From Alphaproteobacteria bacterium CG_4_10_14_0_8_um_filter_37_21 (lineage in GTDB: Bacteria > Pseudomonadota > Alphaproteobacteria > Paracaedibacterales > UBA11393), in NCBI GenBank assembly GCA_002791835.1, contig PFNE01000032.1, forward strand, positions 33,646 to 97,645: a stretch of 64,000 nucleotides of DNA, read 5' to 3'. Positions 21,766 through 31,037 of this stretch are shown here, one piece after another. Every line of letters begins with the position of its first letter. Position 1 is the first letter of the stretch. Made by a program: the position numbers and the translations under genes. Below the pieces are notes generated by a model, which saw nothing but the letters and a program-made list of their open reading frames with translations, had not been told where the DNA came from and ran no database searches.

Positions 21766-23265
21766 ATGATGACATATATTAAAAAACATTCTTATACGTG
21801 CATGATTTATCGTTTGAAATTTAACAACATAAAGACAGTTTTAATAAACAAGCCTTTTTTAAGTGCCTTTTTATTGGGCACATTGTCTGCCTTAAGTTTT
21901 GCACCAACAAATAATTTAGTCACCTTAAGTTGTGGTTTTTTGGGATTTTTATGGTTATTTCAGAACAATACTAAAACTGTAAAGCAAAGCTTTTTACTTT
22001 TTTTCATCTATATATATGCCTATTATGCAGCCAGCCTTTACTGGGTTAGCTTATCTGTTATTCCCGTGGGCCAGTGGTATTTAGCGCCAGTTGGCATGGT
22101 CTTTTTTCCTTTATTATTTTGTGTGCCCTCCTGCTGGGTTGGGCCTGTTTTGTTTAAGGTTAAAAAATACCCAGCATTTTATCCTTTTATTTTTGCCTTG
22201 TGCCTTTTTATAAATGAATGGATGATTGGGCATTATTTGTTCACAGGGTTTCCTTGGGTTCTGACAGCCTACGCCTGGAACGAATGGGGCATGCAGCTTG
22301 CAGCATTTGTGGGGGTATACGGTGTTTCACTTATAACGCTTTTATGGCTAGCGCTATTATATAAGCCAAATGCAAAAAAAGGGTTTACTGCATTTGGGGT
22401 GTTTATTTTTATCAGTTTTCTTGGACACGTGCGATATATCCATACGCCCTTAATATTTACAGATACTGTTGTTCGCATAGTGCACCCAAATCTTGAACAA
22501 ATAGATAAACAGAATCGGGAACGAACCTATCAAAATTTTTACTGCCATCAAGATTTATCGCAAAAAAATAGTAAAAAACCTATTAATCTTATTGTATGGC
22601 CTGAAGCTGCTGTTTTATTGGCAGCAAACACCCAAGAAAGCTGGCTTAATGCTTTAAAATCAATAGCACCGGACAATGGGTACGCTATCATTGGCGCCCC
22701 TCGGTTAGCAGGCAGTAATAATGAACCGATTTTATATACAAGTGCCTATATCTTAAATCAAACTGATTTAATAGATACTTACGATAAAATGCATCTTGTG
22801 CCTTTCGGTGAATATTTACCCTACCGCAGTATATTAAGTAAGTTTGGTGCAGATAAACTTACCCAAGGGGCTTATGATTTTACACCCGCAAAAAAGCGCG
22901 CCTTATATCAGTTAGATCATATCCCCCCATTTTCTATTTTAATTTGCTATGAAATTTTATTTCCTGGGGAAGTATTAAATACGGTGGGTGCAAACCACCC
23001 TGAATGGCTTTTAAATATTACAAATGATGCCTGGTATTTAAATTCTTCTGGTCCCTATCAACATTTACATATAGCAAGGTGGCGCGCTGTTGAAGAAGGC
23101 ATACCTATTGTTCGTTGCACAAATAAAGGTGTTTCCTGTATCATTGATGGCGTTGGTCGTGTACTGCAATCTTTAGGGTGCAATACGCAAGGTGTACTAG
23201 ATGTAACCCTTCCAAAACCCCTAAAAAATAAGACATTTTATAGTCAATACCGATGGTTTTCATAA
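21766..23265 (+). CDS. lnt: Apolipoprotein N-acyltransferase
   Basis: Multi-TM N-terminal domain plus a CN-hydrolase domain (LIVWPEAA, HLVPFGEYLP, ILICYEILFP). The start is uncertain (21766 or ATG 21802). Confidence 0.85.
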   Translation: MMTYIKKHSYTCMIYRLKFNNIKTVLINKPFLSAFLLGTLSALSFAPTNNLVTLSCGFLGFLWLFQNNTKTVKQSFLLFFIYIYAYYAASLYWVSLSVIPVGQWYLAPVGMVFFPLLFCVPSCWVGPVLFKVKKYPAFYPFIFALCLFINEWMIGHYLFTGFPWVLTAYAWNEWGMQLAAFVGVYGVSLITLLWLALLYKPNAKKGFTAFGVFIFISFLGHVRYIHTPLIFTDTVVRIVHPNLEQIDKQNRERTYQNFYCHQDLSQKNSKKPINLIVWPEAAVLLAANTQESWLNALKSIAPDNGYAIIGAPRLAGSNNEPILYTSAYILNQTDLIDTYDKMHLVPFGEYLPYRSILSKFGADKLTQGAYDFTPAKKRALYQLDHIPPFSILICYEILFPGEVLNTVGANHPEWLLNITNDAWYLNSSGPYQHLHIARWRAVEEGIPIVRCTNKGVSCIIDGVGRVLQSLGCNTQGVLDVTLPKPLKNKTFYSQYRWFS

Positions 23266-23276
23266 AGGATAATATA

Positions 23277-23708
23277 ATGCGTGCTAAAGTGGGTTTATTT
23301 TCAGATCATGGTGGTTATACTTTAAAACAAGACTTATTAAACTGTGCAAGCGAATATAATTTTGTAGACTACGGAACAAATTCTGCTGATGCTGTAGATT
23401 ACCCTGATTTTGCCAATCAGGCTGCACAGTGTTTAAAAGATAAAACCATTCAAAAAGCAATACTAATATGTGGAACAGGTATTGGCATTTGTATGGCAGC
23501 AAATAGACATTCTTGGGTTAGGGCATTTGTTGCGCATAATATAACAGAGGTGAAGCTTGCCCGGGAACATAACGATGCAAACACTATATGTTTTTCTGGC
23601 CGTTACCAAACGTTAGATGAGGTCAAAATTTTTATTGACACATTCCTAAAAACACCTTTTGAAGGCGGTCGCCATGCAAGGCGTGTAGATATTTTTTCTA
23701 AAATATAA
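23277..23708 (+). CDS. rpiB: Ribose 5-phosphate isomerase B
   Basis: Start moved to ATG 23277 (AAAGGA RBS upstream). LICGTGIGICMAANR and a LacA/B-type fold pattern. Confidence 0.9.
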   Translation: MRAKVGLFSDHGGYTLKQDLLNCASEYNFVDYGTNSADAVDYPDFANQAAQCLKDKTIQKAILICGTGIGICMAANRHSWVRAFVAHNITEVKLAREHNDANTICFSGRYQTLDEVKIFIDTFLKTPFEGGRHARRVDIFSKI

Positions 23709-23789
23709 TTTTTCGTGTTGTTAAGAGTTTGTTAATTTTTCCCTGATATTCTTTAATTAATAAGCCATGAATACATATGGGAAAATATT

Positions 23790-24659
23790 ATGAATAAAAA
23801 AACATTTTTATTGGGTTTTTTAAGCCTCACAGCCTTTAATGTACCATCTAATGCTATGGCATCTGATGTATCATCATTATTAAAAAAAGCATTCCCACAA
23901 TCAATGTTTTCTTCAAAGTGTTCATCTGGAAATGCTAAAATTAATTGGAATCTTGTTGCACAAGCAGAAAAAGCAGGTGGTGGTCGTACTATTGAGAAAA
24001 AAGCCGCAGATAGAATAAAGCCTTGTTTAGATGGCAGTAATCCAAATTATCAAAAGAAATTTAAAGAAAACTGTGGATTAGCAAGTGCGGATTCTCAGGC
24101 TAAAGAGAAATATTGTGGGAGTGGTATTGCACTCATCAACAAACAAGAAAACCCTTTTGGTGACGACGACGAACAAGAGGATTCTTTTGAAGGCGCTCAA
24201 CAACAACCTGTCATGGGTACACCAATGCAGGGTCAAGGGAATTATTTTGGAGGCGCTCAACAACAACCTGTTATGGGCACACCAATGCAGGGTCAAGGTA
24301 ATAATTTTGGAGGCGCTCAACAACAACAACCTGTCATGGGCACACCAATGCAGGGTCAAGGTAATATGAACAATGTGGACGCAGCCAGAATTGAAACATT
24401 AGAACAGCAGTTACAAGAATTAACGCAATATATACAGCAACTTGTGCCATTTGTACAACAGTTAAGCGAACAAGTACAATTATTGCAATCGCAGCAACAG
24501 CAAGGTGGCTTTTCTGGACAGCAACAAGGCGGCTTTGGTGGCCAGCAACAATACAATCAACAACAAGGCGGCTATGGCCAGCAACAATACACTCAACCAC
24601 AAGGCGGCTATGGCCAGCAACAATACACTCAACCACAAGGCGGCTATGGTGGGGATTAA
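23790..24659 (+). CDS. Secreted repeat protein: Cys-containing N-domain, 3x20-aa repeats, coiled-coil segment and a Q/G/Y-rich tail
   Basis: Signal peptide MNKKTFLLGFLSLTAFNVPSNAMA. GGAQQQPVMGTPMQGQGN occurs three times. A heptad-like segment reads IETLEQQLQELTQYIQQLVPFVQQLSEQVQLLQ. The tail reads QQGGYGQQQYTQPQGGYGQQQYTQPQGGYGGD. Confidence 0.6.
   Translation: MNKKTFLLGFLSLTAFNVPSNAMASDVSSLLKKAFPQSMFSSKCSSGNAKINWNLVAQAEKAGGGRTIEKKAADRIKPCLDGSNPNYQKKFKENCGLASADSQAKEKYCGSGIALINKQENPFGDDDEQEDSFEGAQQQPVMGTPMQGQGNYFGGAQQQPVMGTPMQGQGNNFGGAQQQQPVMGTPMQGQGNMNNVDAARIETLEQQLQELTQYIQQLVPFVQQLSEQVQLLQSQQQQGGFSGQQQGGFGGQQQYNQQQGGYGQQQYTQPQGGYGQQQYTQPQGGYGGD
24181..24363 (+). repeat. Three tandem near-identical 60/60/63-nt repeats inside the CDS
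   Basis: The units at 24181-24240, 24241-24300 and 24301-24363 align column for column (..ttttggaggcgctcaacaacaacctgtYatgggYacaccaatgcagggtcaaggKa..). They differ by a few substitutions and one extra CAA. Confidence 0.92.
24564..24649 (+). repeat. About 2.4 tandem copies of a 36-nt repeat (caaggcggctatggccagcaacaatacactcaacca)
   Basis: Units 24564-24599 and 24600-24635 are identical, and a partial third copy ends at 24649. More degenerate copies lie upstream from about 24494. Confidence 0.9.
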
Positions 24660-24698
24660 GTTTAACCACTATAAAAATCTGTAAATTGTTATACGAAT

Positions 24699-24748
24699 TT
24701 CCACCTTTAAAGTTAGCTCTGCTATAAGCGCTGCCTTTGAAGGTGGAA
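24699..24748 (+). other. Long hairpin 40 nt downstream of the repeat-protein gene (possible terminator or structured element)
   Basis: TTCCACCTTTAAAG, a 22-nt loop, then CTTTGAAGGTGGAA. The stem is 14 bp with one mismatch and has no U-tract on either strand. Confidence 0.35.
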
Positions 24749-24962
24749 AATAAATTGTGCCAGACGAACATTCTGAAATAATTCCAGTCAGATTGCAGAT
24801 AGGGGCACTAAAATTGATGAACATCTATCGAATTACCAATCATAAGGTAAGTGCGAACTAATTCATACAGACCGTATTATGTGCAGACAATTTTCTATCT
24901 ATACAGTACAAAGATCGTTATAATGATTTATAGTCTATAGTGATTATGTAAATTTTAAAACA

Positions 24963-26573
24963 ATGGTCTTATCCCCGCTTTTGACAGTATCAGATTTATC
25001 AATAGGCTTTAACGCTGATGGGCTAAAAAAATCTGTTGTACAGAATATAAGCTTTGATGTTTATAAAGGAAAAACAATTGCACTTGTTGGTGAAAGTGGA
25101 TCTGGAAAAAGCATTACAGCCTTATCTATTCTAGGTTTATTACCCTACCCCGTTGCCTATCATTCATCCGGATCAATTAAATACCATAATGCCGAAGGTT
25201 CTCATGAACTTTTAAATTTGGGTGAAAATAAGCTACAAAAATTTCGCGGCAATGAAATTGCGATGGTTTTTCAAGAACCATTATCTGCCTTAAATCCACT
25301 GCACACAATTGAACAGCAAATTTCTGAAACGCTTCATATTCACACCAACATGAACCAGTCACAAATTAATGATCGCGTTAAAGAGCTATTGGATATGGTC
25401 GAATTTAAAGATGGCTATAGTCGTTTAAAATCTTACCCTCATGAATTGTCTGGCGGTCAGCGTCAGCGTGTCATGATAGCAATGGCCCTTGCATGTGAAC
25501 CTAAAATTTTAATTGCTGATGAACCAACAACAGCTTTAGATGTGACGATACAAAAAGGTATTATTAATCTTATTAAACGCCTTAGTAAAACACAAGATAT
25601 GGGTATTATCTTAATTAGCCATGACCTGCATATGGTTAATAAACTAGCTGATGATGTCTGTGTTATGCAAAAAGGATCTTTTGTTGAAAAGGGACCTGTT
25701 CGTAACGTTTTAAAAAATCCACAACATCCATACGCACAAAAACTAATAGCATCCGTACCATCAGGCAAGCCCTCACCAATAAAATATGATGCGCCTATTA
25801 TTTTAAAGACAGATTCTTTAAGTGTTGAATACCAAGAAAGAAAAATATTAAGCTTTAAGAAAGCACCCCCGTTTCTAGCCGTTAATAACGTTGCCCTGTC
25901 CTTAAAACAGGGGGAAACTTTAGGGATTGTCGGCGAAAGTGGTTCTGGAAAAACAACATTAGCATTTGCCCTTTTAAACCTGCTTCAATCCAAGGGTACA
26001 ATTACGTTTAATGACATAAATATAAAAAATTTAGCTAAAAAAGAAATGCTTAATTTGCGCAAATCTATGCAGGTTATTTTTCAAGACCCATTTGGTGCCT
26101 TAAACCCCCGTTTTTCAATACACGATATTATTGGAGAGGGCTTAGCCGTTCATGAGTCCCACCTTTCACAAGAAGAACAAACACAAAAAATTGTTGATAT
26201 ACTGAAAGAGGTTGACCTAGACCCACAGGTGATGGATAGATATCCACATGAATTTTCTGGTGGTCAGCGCCAACGTATTAGTATTGCGCGCAGCGTTATT
26301 TTACAACCTAAGTTATTAGCCTTAGATGAACCAACATCAGCCTTAGACAGATCTGTACAATCAGGTATTATTGCTTTGCTAAGGAATTTGCAAAAGAAAC
26401 ATACGCTATCATATCTATTTATTAGTCATGATTTGTCTGTTGTGCGCGCCATGAGCCATCGTATTATTGTCATGAAAAATGGAGAAGTTGTCGAGCATGG
26501 TACGACAGAAAATATTATGGAAACACCACAGCACCCTTACACAAAAAAACTTATTAATGCAGCCTTTGGTTAG
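24963..26573 (+). CDS. yejF: Fused double ABC ATPase of a peptide/microcin-type importer (YejF)
   Basis: 536 aa with two ABC cassettes (GESGSGKS twice; LSGGQRQR and FSGGQRQR). Collinear with E. coli YejF, including LLNLLQSKGTITFND. Confidence 0.85.
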   Translation: MVLSPLLTVSDLSIGFNADGLKKSVVQNISFDVYKGKTIALVGESGSGKSITALSILGLLPYPVAYHSSGSIKYHNAEGSHELLNLGENKLQKFRGNEIAMVFQEPLSALNPLHTIEQQISETLHIHTNMNQSQINDRVKELLDMVEFKDGYSRLKSYPHELSGGQRQRVMIAMALACEPKILIADEPTTALDVTIQKGIINLIKRLSKTQDMGIILISHDLHMVNKLADDVCVMQKGSFVEKGPVRNVLKNPQHPYAQKLIASVPSGKPSPIKYDAPIILKTDSLSVEYQERKILSFKKAPPFLAVNNVALSLKQGETLGIVGESGSGKTTLAFALLNLLQSKGTITFNDINIKNLAKKEMLNLRKSMQVIFQDPFGALNPRFSIHDIIGEGLAVHESHLSQEEQTQKIVDILKEVDLDPQVMDRYPHEFSGGQRQRISIARSVILQPKLLALDEPTSALDRSVQSGIIALLRNLQKKHTLSYLFISHDLSVVRAMSHRIIVMKNGEVVEHGTTENIMETPQHPYTKKLINAAFG

Positions 26574-26635
26574 TATCGTCATTGCATGCTATTGTTTGAA
26601 TTGAATATTATAAAAATTCTTCTATTGTTCTTGGT

Positions 26636-26668
26636 AAGTATTAAGCTTGCGCAATACTTTTTGTTTTT
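26636..26668 (+). terminator. Putative intrinsic terminator after yejF
   Basis: AAGTATT, a 10-nt loop, AATACTT, then TTTGTTTTT. The stem is AT-rich and 7 bp long. Confidence 0.45.
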
Positions 26669-26739
26669 ACTATAATAAGGTCAATGATCATATATAAAAT
26701 GACTATGGTCTAAAGCATCATCAAGGACTATTGTTTATC

Positions 26740-27453
26740 ATGCAGAATATTAAAAAACAGCAAGAAATTATTCGATTGGATCGTGTTGGGCTGTACTATA
26801 CAAAAGATACTCCCATTTGTTTTAATTTAGATTTTTCTTTTTTTGCGGGTGGTTTTTATTTTTTAACAGGGCCAAGTGGGGTTGGAAAAACCTCTCTTTT
26901 AAAGCTTATTTACAAAGAAGTAACGCCAATGAGTGGTCTTGTTCGTGTTTTTGGTAAAGATTTATCAAAATTATCAGCACAAGAATTACCAAATTTTAGG
27001 CAAAAAATGGGGCTTGTTTTTCAAGATTGTCGATTACTAGATCATTTAAACACGTTAGATAATGTAGCACTTCCCATGAAAATAGCAGGAAGTGATCTTA
27101 AAAAAGCACGCGTGTATGCAAAAGAACTTTTGCATTGGGTTGGCCTTGGTCAGCATATAGATGCTTTCCCATCCACACTATCTGATGGACAAAAACAACG
27201 TATAGGCATCGCCCGTGCTGTGATAACAAGACCAAAACTTTTATTGGCAGATGAACCGACTGGAAACGTGGATGATATCTCTGCCTTTAAAATGATGAGC
27301 TTATTTGAAGAACTGAATAAAATCGGTACAACTATTATTTTGGCAACGCATAATAGGCAAATTGTTTCAACATTTCCCTATCCTGAATTACAACTTTACC
27401 ATGGTCAGCTTAGTTATTCGCAGCAAGACCAATATTCTATGAGCGGGCAGTAA
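26740..27453 (+). CDS. ftsE: Cell division ATP-binding protein FtsE
   Basis: GPSGVGKTSLLKLIY, LSDGQKQRIGIARA and LLADEPTGNVD. Start taken at ATG 26740. Confidence 0.9.
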   Translation: MQNIKKQQEIIRLDRVGLYYTKDTPICFNLDFSFFAGGFYFLTGPSGVGKTSLLKLIYKEVTPMSGLVRVFGKDLSKLSAQELPNFRQKMGLVFQDCRLLDHLNTLDNVALPMKIAGSDLKKARVYAKELLHWVGLGQHIDAFPSTLSDGQKQRIGIARAVITRPKLLLADEPTGNVDDISAFKMMSLFEELNKIGTTIILATHNRQIVSTFPYPELQLYHGQLSYSQQDQYSMSGQ

Positions 27454-27455
27454 AA

Positions 27456-28418
27456 ATGACAAATAAATATTTTTCTGAAATTTCCCTAGATAAAGAATTA
27501 AGTTACAGATACATACCGGCTATTTTTTCAGTAATGGTTTTTCTAATTATTATCTTAATTTCTGTTTCTCTAAGCATTGGCGGATCATTCTTCAAATGGG
27601 ATTTTGAAATGAAACACCGTTATACAGTGCAAGTTCCAGCACCGGAAATAGAATTAATTGATACGCTAGATGATAATGGCAATCCGGAAGAAAACCCATT
27701 ATCGTTTGAAAAAAAGACCGAAAAAGCAAAAGCAGATGCCCGCCTTGTGTTGCAGCAAACAATTACTGTTTTTAAATCAGACCCACAAGTCATCCGTGTG
27801 GATGTTGTGGACCCTAAAAAAGTACAAAAATTAGTACGCCCCTTTATTAGTACAAATACAGAAACCTTAGATTCATTACCGCTTCCAACATTAATAGAAA
27901 TTGATGTCAGACCAGGTGGTAAATTTAATTTAAATGCAACGCTCTTAAAATTAAAAAATATTCACGAAAATATTCAAGTAGACCATCAAGATAAATGGCA
28001 ACAGTCTATTAAAAATTTTGGGCAAGCTATTAAATTTGTATCATACCTGTTTATTAGTTTAATTGTTCTATGCTTGATTGCTTTAATGATTCTTATTACA
28101 AAATCAGCAGTACATTCTAACAAAAAAGTTATTGATGTTTTGCGGTTAATGGGTGCACGTAATAATTACATAGCACACCTTTATCAAATGCCTATTGTAA
28201 AAAGTACATTAATGGGTGGCTTTATCGGATCCTTATTAGCATTACCTGTCATTTACGGGTTTTCTCTTCTTGCAAAATCTATTGGCCTGCTATCTTCAGA
28301 ATCCATGGCTTTTTCACTCAGTAATAATTTAAGCGTTATTATAGCCACACCGCTTATTATCGCTTTAATTAGTTTTATAACAACACGTATTACCGTCATG
28401 CGTAGCTTAAATAGATAA
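27456..28418 (+). CDS. ftsX: Cell division permease-like protein FtsX
   Basis: Starts 3 nt after the ftsE stop (two intervening bases). N-terminal TM, a periplasmic domain, and a C-terminal 3-TM FtsX domain (VIDVLRLMGARNNYI). Confidence 0.8.
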   Translation: MTNKYFSEISLDKELSYRYIPAIFSVMVFLIIILISVSLSIGGSFFKWDFEMKHRYTVQVPAPEIELIDTLDDNGNPEENPLSFEKKTEKAKADARLVLQQTITVFKSDPQVIRVDVVDPKKVQKLVRPFISTNTETLDSLPLPTLIEIDVRPGGKFNLNATLLKLKNIHENIQVDHQDKWQQSIKNFGQAIKFVSYLFISLIVLCLIALMILITKSAVHSNKKVIDVLRLMGARNNYIAHLYQMPIVKSTLMGGFIGSLLALPVIYGFSLLAKSIGLLSSESMAFSLSNNLSVIIATPLIIALISFITTRITVMRSLNR

Positions 28419-28461
28419 ATATTTTTAACCCCAGTTTTGCGCTAAGATATCATTTGTAATG

Positions 28462-29364
28462 TTATTTACTGCGGGGATGGGCGTCTAAATAAGTTGAGAG
28501 TAATTTCTTTTTATCTATTTGCGTATATATCTGTGTTGTAGACAAACTAGCATGTCCCAAAAGTTCTTGCACAGCGCGTAGATCGTCAGAGCTTTCAATT
28601 AAGTGTGTTGCGCATGAATGGCGCAAGGCATGTGGGGTGGCTGATTCTGGCAAATTAGCAATTTCTCGGTATCGCTGTAATTGCCTTTCTGCCGTGTTCA
28701 CGGCAAAACGTCCGCCTTTAACACCATAAAATAAAGGTGCATTATTATCTTTAGCGTAAGGGCATATATTAAGATAATTATTAAGGGCGGTTTTCACCGT
28801 CTCCATTAAGGGTACAGATCGTTGCTTCCCCCCTTTTCCTTTTATCAAAATTACATGTGATATTAGACACCCCTGATTTAGCTGTAAAGCTTCACTAATG
28901 CGTAAACCCACACTATATATCAACATAAAAAATGCTTTATCCCTATACCCTACCCACGGTTCATCAGATAACTGTGCAATATTTTCAATTACGTCAAAAA
29001 TTTGCTCTTGCGATAAGGGTCTTGGTAGTGTTTTAGGTGTTTTCGGTGCGCGCATAACATCAAAGGGGGATTGCCGAATGTGTTGGTGCTTTTGTAAAAA
29101 TAGAAAAAACATTTTAACACTAGAAAAAGCCCGCCCAGTAGATTTTACTTGATAAGGTCCTTGTCGAAAAGAAAGCCACGATCGAATATTGGAAACATTT
29201 AAATTTTGCAAAATGGAAAGCGAAATGTCGCCACCAAAATGCTGCTGCAAAAATTGCAGAAATTGTCTAACATCTTTTGAATATGCTTTGAGTGTATTTT
29301 CACAATATCTTCCATACAGACTATTCAACCATTGATCAAATATTTTTTTAAATGCAGCGTCCAT
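28462..29364 (-). CDS. Tyrosine site-specific recombinase, XerC/XerD family
   Basis: ATPHALRHSCATHLIESSDDLRAVQELLGHASLSTTQIYTQ gives the catalytic R..H..R..Y pattern. The N-terminal SAM-like domain reads TLKAYSKDVRQFLQFL. Start taken at ATG 29364. Confidence 0.85.
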   Translation of the reverse strand: MDAAFKKIFDQWLNSLYGRYCENTLKAYSKDVRQFLQFLQQHFGGDISLSILQNLNVSNIRSWLSFRQGPYQVKSTGRAFSSVKMFFLFLQKHQHIRQSPFDVMRAPKTPKTLPRPLSQEQIFDVIENIAQLSDEPWVGYRDKAFFMLIYSVGLRISEALQLNQGCLISHVILIKGKGGKQRSVPLMETVKTALNNYLNICPYAKDNNAPLFYGVKGGRFAVNTAERQLQRYREIANLPESATPHALRHSCATHLIESSDDLRAVQELLGHASLSTTQIYTQIDKKKLLSTYLDAHPRSK

Positions 29365-29471
29365 ATAGCAGTCAAATATAGGTTTATCTTTAATATACAC
29401 ACACAAAAACATTGATTAAAGGGCATAATCAATGTATTTTAAACATAAAAGTAATTTGATAAACAATAAAT

Positions 29472-30287
29472 ATGACAAAAGTAGAAATTAAAAAAAACGC
29501 TCATTTAAAAAATGTATCAGCAGACCATCAAAAAACGCTTTTTTTTGAAAAAATTGTAGATATGGCCAATCCAAAAAGAATGAACCGCTTTACTGTAGGG
29601 AAACCAACGCAATATGTACGCCCATCTATACTAGGTGCAATAACAATTTTGTTTATTATTGTTATGTATCAATATTTTAAAAGTGCTAACGATACAGAAA
29701 ATACACTTGAACATAAGTTTTCAAGGCTTGAAAAGCTAAATAATCAGTCCTTTAAAAGCCTGGACTATTATGCAAATATTAAAGCAACAAAAATTTCAGT
29801 ATCGGGCGTTTCGAACATTTATGGTGCCTTAAATATAGCAGATTCACACTTAAAAGATGTGAATGTGTATGGCCCGTTAACAGCACAAAACGCCTATTTT
29901 CAAGATGCAAACATTTATGGATTTGCTATTTTATCAACAACACGCTTTCGTGACTTAGAAGTTTATGGTCAACTTTCAGCAAATAAGCTTGTGATTGAAA
30001 GTGATATATTTGTGGCAAGCACTGTTAATTTGGATCATGCACAAATCAACCGCATGGAATGTGCAGGCGCTGATATCAACCTACATAATTCAATAGTTAA
30101 AAAAATTACAGTTAGCGGAGAAGATGCTAAAAACCCCGTTATAAACCTTACAAACAGTCAAGTTGATCTTGTAAAATTTGATGGCATGGAAGGTGAAGTC
30201 ATCTTGTACGGCGACCTTTCTAGTGTACAAGAAGTAAAAGGTGGCACAATAACACGAAAAAATATCAGCGTATTAAAAAAGTCTTAA
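29472..30287 (+). CDS. Membrane-anchored protein with a beta-helix-like (bactofilin/polymer-forming-like) repeat domain
   Basis: One TM (ILGAITILFIIVMY), followed by repeats of about 16-18 aa: DVNVYGPLTAQNAYFQ / DANIYGFAILSTTRFR / DLEVYGQLSANKLVIE / ... Confidence 0.4.
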   Translation: MTKVEIKKNAHLKNVSADHQKTLFFEKIVDMANPKRMNRFTVGKPTQYVRPSILGAITILFIIVMYQYFKSANDTENTLEHKFSRLEKLNNQSFKSLDYYANIKATKISVSGVSNIYGALNIADSHLKDVNVYGPLTAQNAYFQDANIYGFAILSTTRFRDLEVYGQLSANKLVIESDIFVASTVNLDHAQINRMECAGADINLHNSIVKKITVSGEDAKNPVINLTNSQVDLVKFDGMEGEVILYGDLSSVQEVKGGTITRKNISVLKKS

Positions 30288-30293
30288 TATAAA

Positions 30294-30866
30294 ATGACCG
30301 TCAACCTTAAAAGATGCTCCTGGGTTGATATGAAAAAGCCATATTACATCGCTTATCATGACGAAGAATGGGGTGTACCCGTTCATAATGACAACAAACA
30401 CTTTGAAATTCTTTCCCTAGAAGGTTGTCAGGCAGGGCTTAGTTGGGATACGATTTTAAAAAAACGGGAAAGTTTTAGAGTGGCTTTTAAAAATTTTGAC
30501 CCAAAAATTATAGCCACATTACAGGACCCTTATCTTGAAGAATTGATGGACAACCCCAACATAGTACGTCACCGGAACAAAATATGGAGTGTTCGCACAA
30601 ATGCCCGAGCATTTTTAGAAATACAACAAAAATTCCAATCATTTAATACCTTTATTTGGTCAAAAATTGGCGGTAAACAAATTATCAATACATGGCAAAC
30701 AGCAGATCGAGTACCTGCAAAAACTGATTTAAGCACAGAAATTTCTAAGTGTCTAAAAGGGCATGGTATGAAATTTGTGGGCCCTGTAATAGTTTATTCT
30801 TATTTACAAGCGGCAGGCCTTATTAACGATCATACTGTTAACTGCTTTAGACATAAAGAATGCTAA
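30294..30866 (+). CDS. tag: DNA-3-methyladenine glycosylase I
   Basis: RCSWV......YHDEEWGVPVHNDNKHFEILSLEGCQAGLSWDTILKKRESFRVAF is the Tag signature. Confidence 0.9.
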   Translation: MTVNLKRCSWVDMKKPYYIAYHDEEWGVPVHNDNKHFEILSLEGCQAGLSWDTILKKRESFRVAFKNFDPKIIATLQDPYLEELMDNPNIVRHRNKIWSVRTNARAFLEIQQKFQSFNTFIWSKIGGKQIINTWQTADRVPAKTDLSTEISKCLKGHGMKFVGPVIVYSYLQAAGLINDHTVNCFRHKEC

Positions 30867-31037
30867 ATTGCTTTTAAAAAAAAATGAAGCACCGTCACAT
30901 AAAATAAATGCAAAATATTTAACAGCCTACAGCGTACCCTGGTAAAACACGCACCTTTTAAAAGTATGTTCTATACACAAATCTTACATAGTGCCAAAAT
31001 GATAAAAAGTACTAAGTTTCAGATGAAAATTACCTAA

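Noticed and set aside
24078-24771. Alternative-frame and antisense ORFs (93, 94, 145 and 66 aa) across the Q/G-rich repeat gene
   Set aside because: They arise because CAA/CAG/GGC repeats lack stops in several frames. Only the 23790 frame has a signal peptide, an RBS and coherent domain structure.
28462-29364. Tyrosine recombinase as a marker of an integrated mobile element
   Set aside because: Its sequence is of the XerC/XerD housekeeping type. The neighbours are ftsEX and core genes. I saw no adjacent tRNA, direct repeats or phage/plasmid genes.
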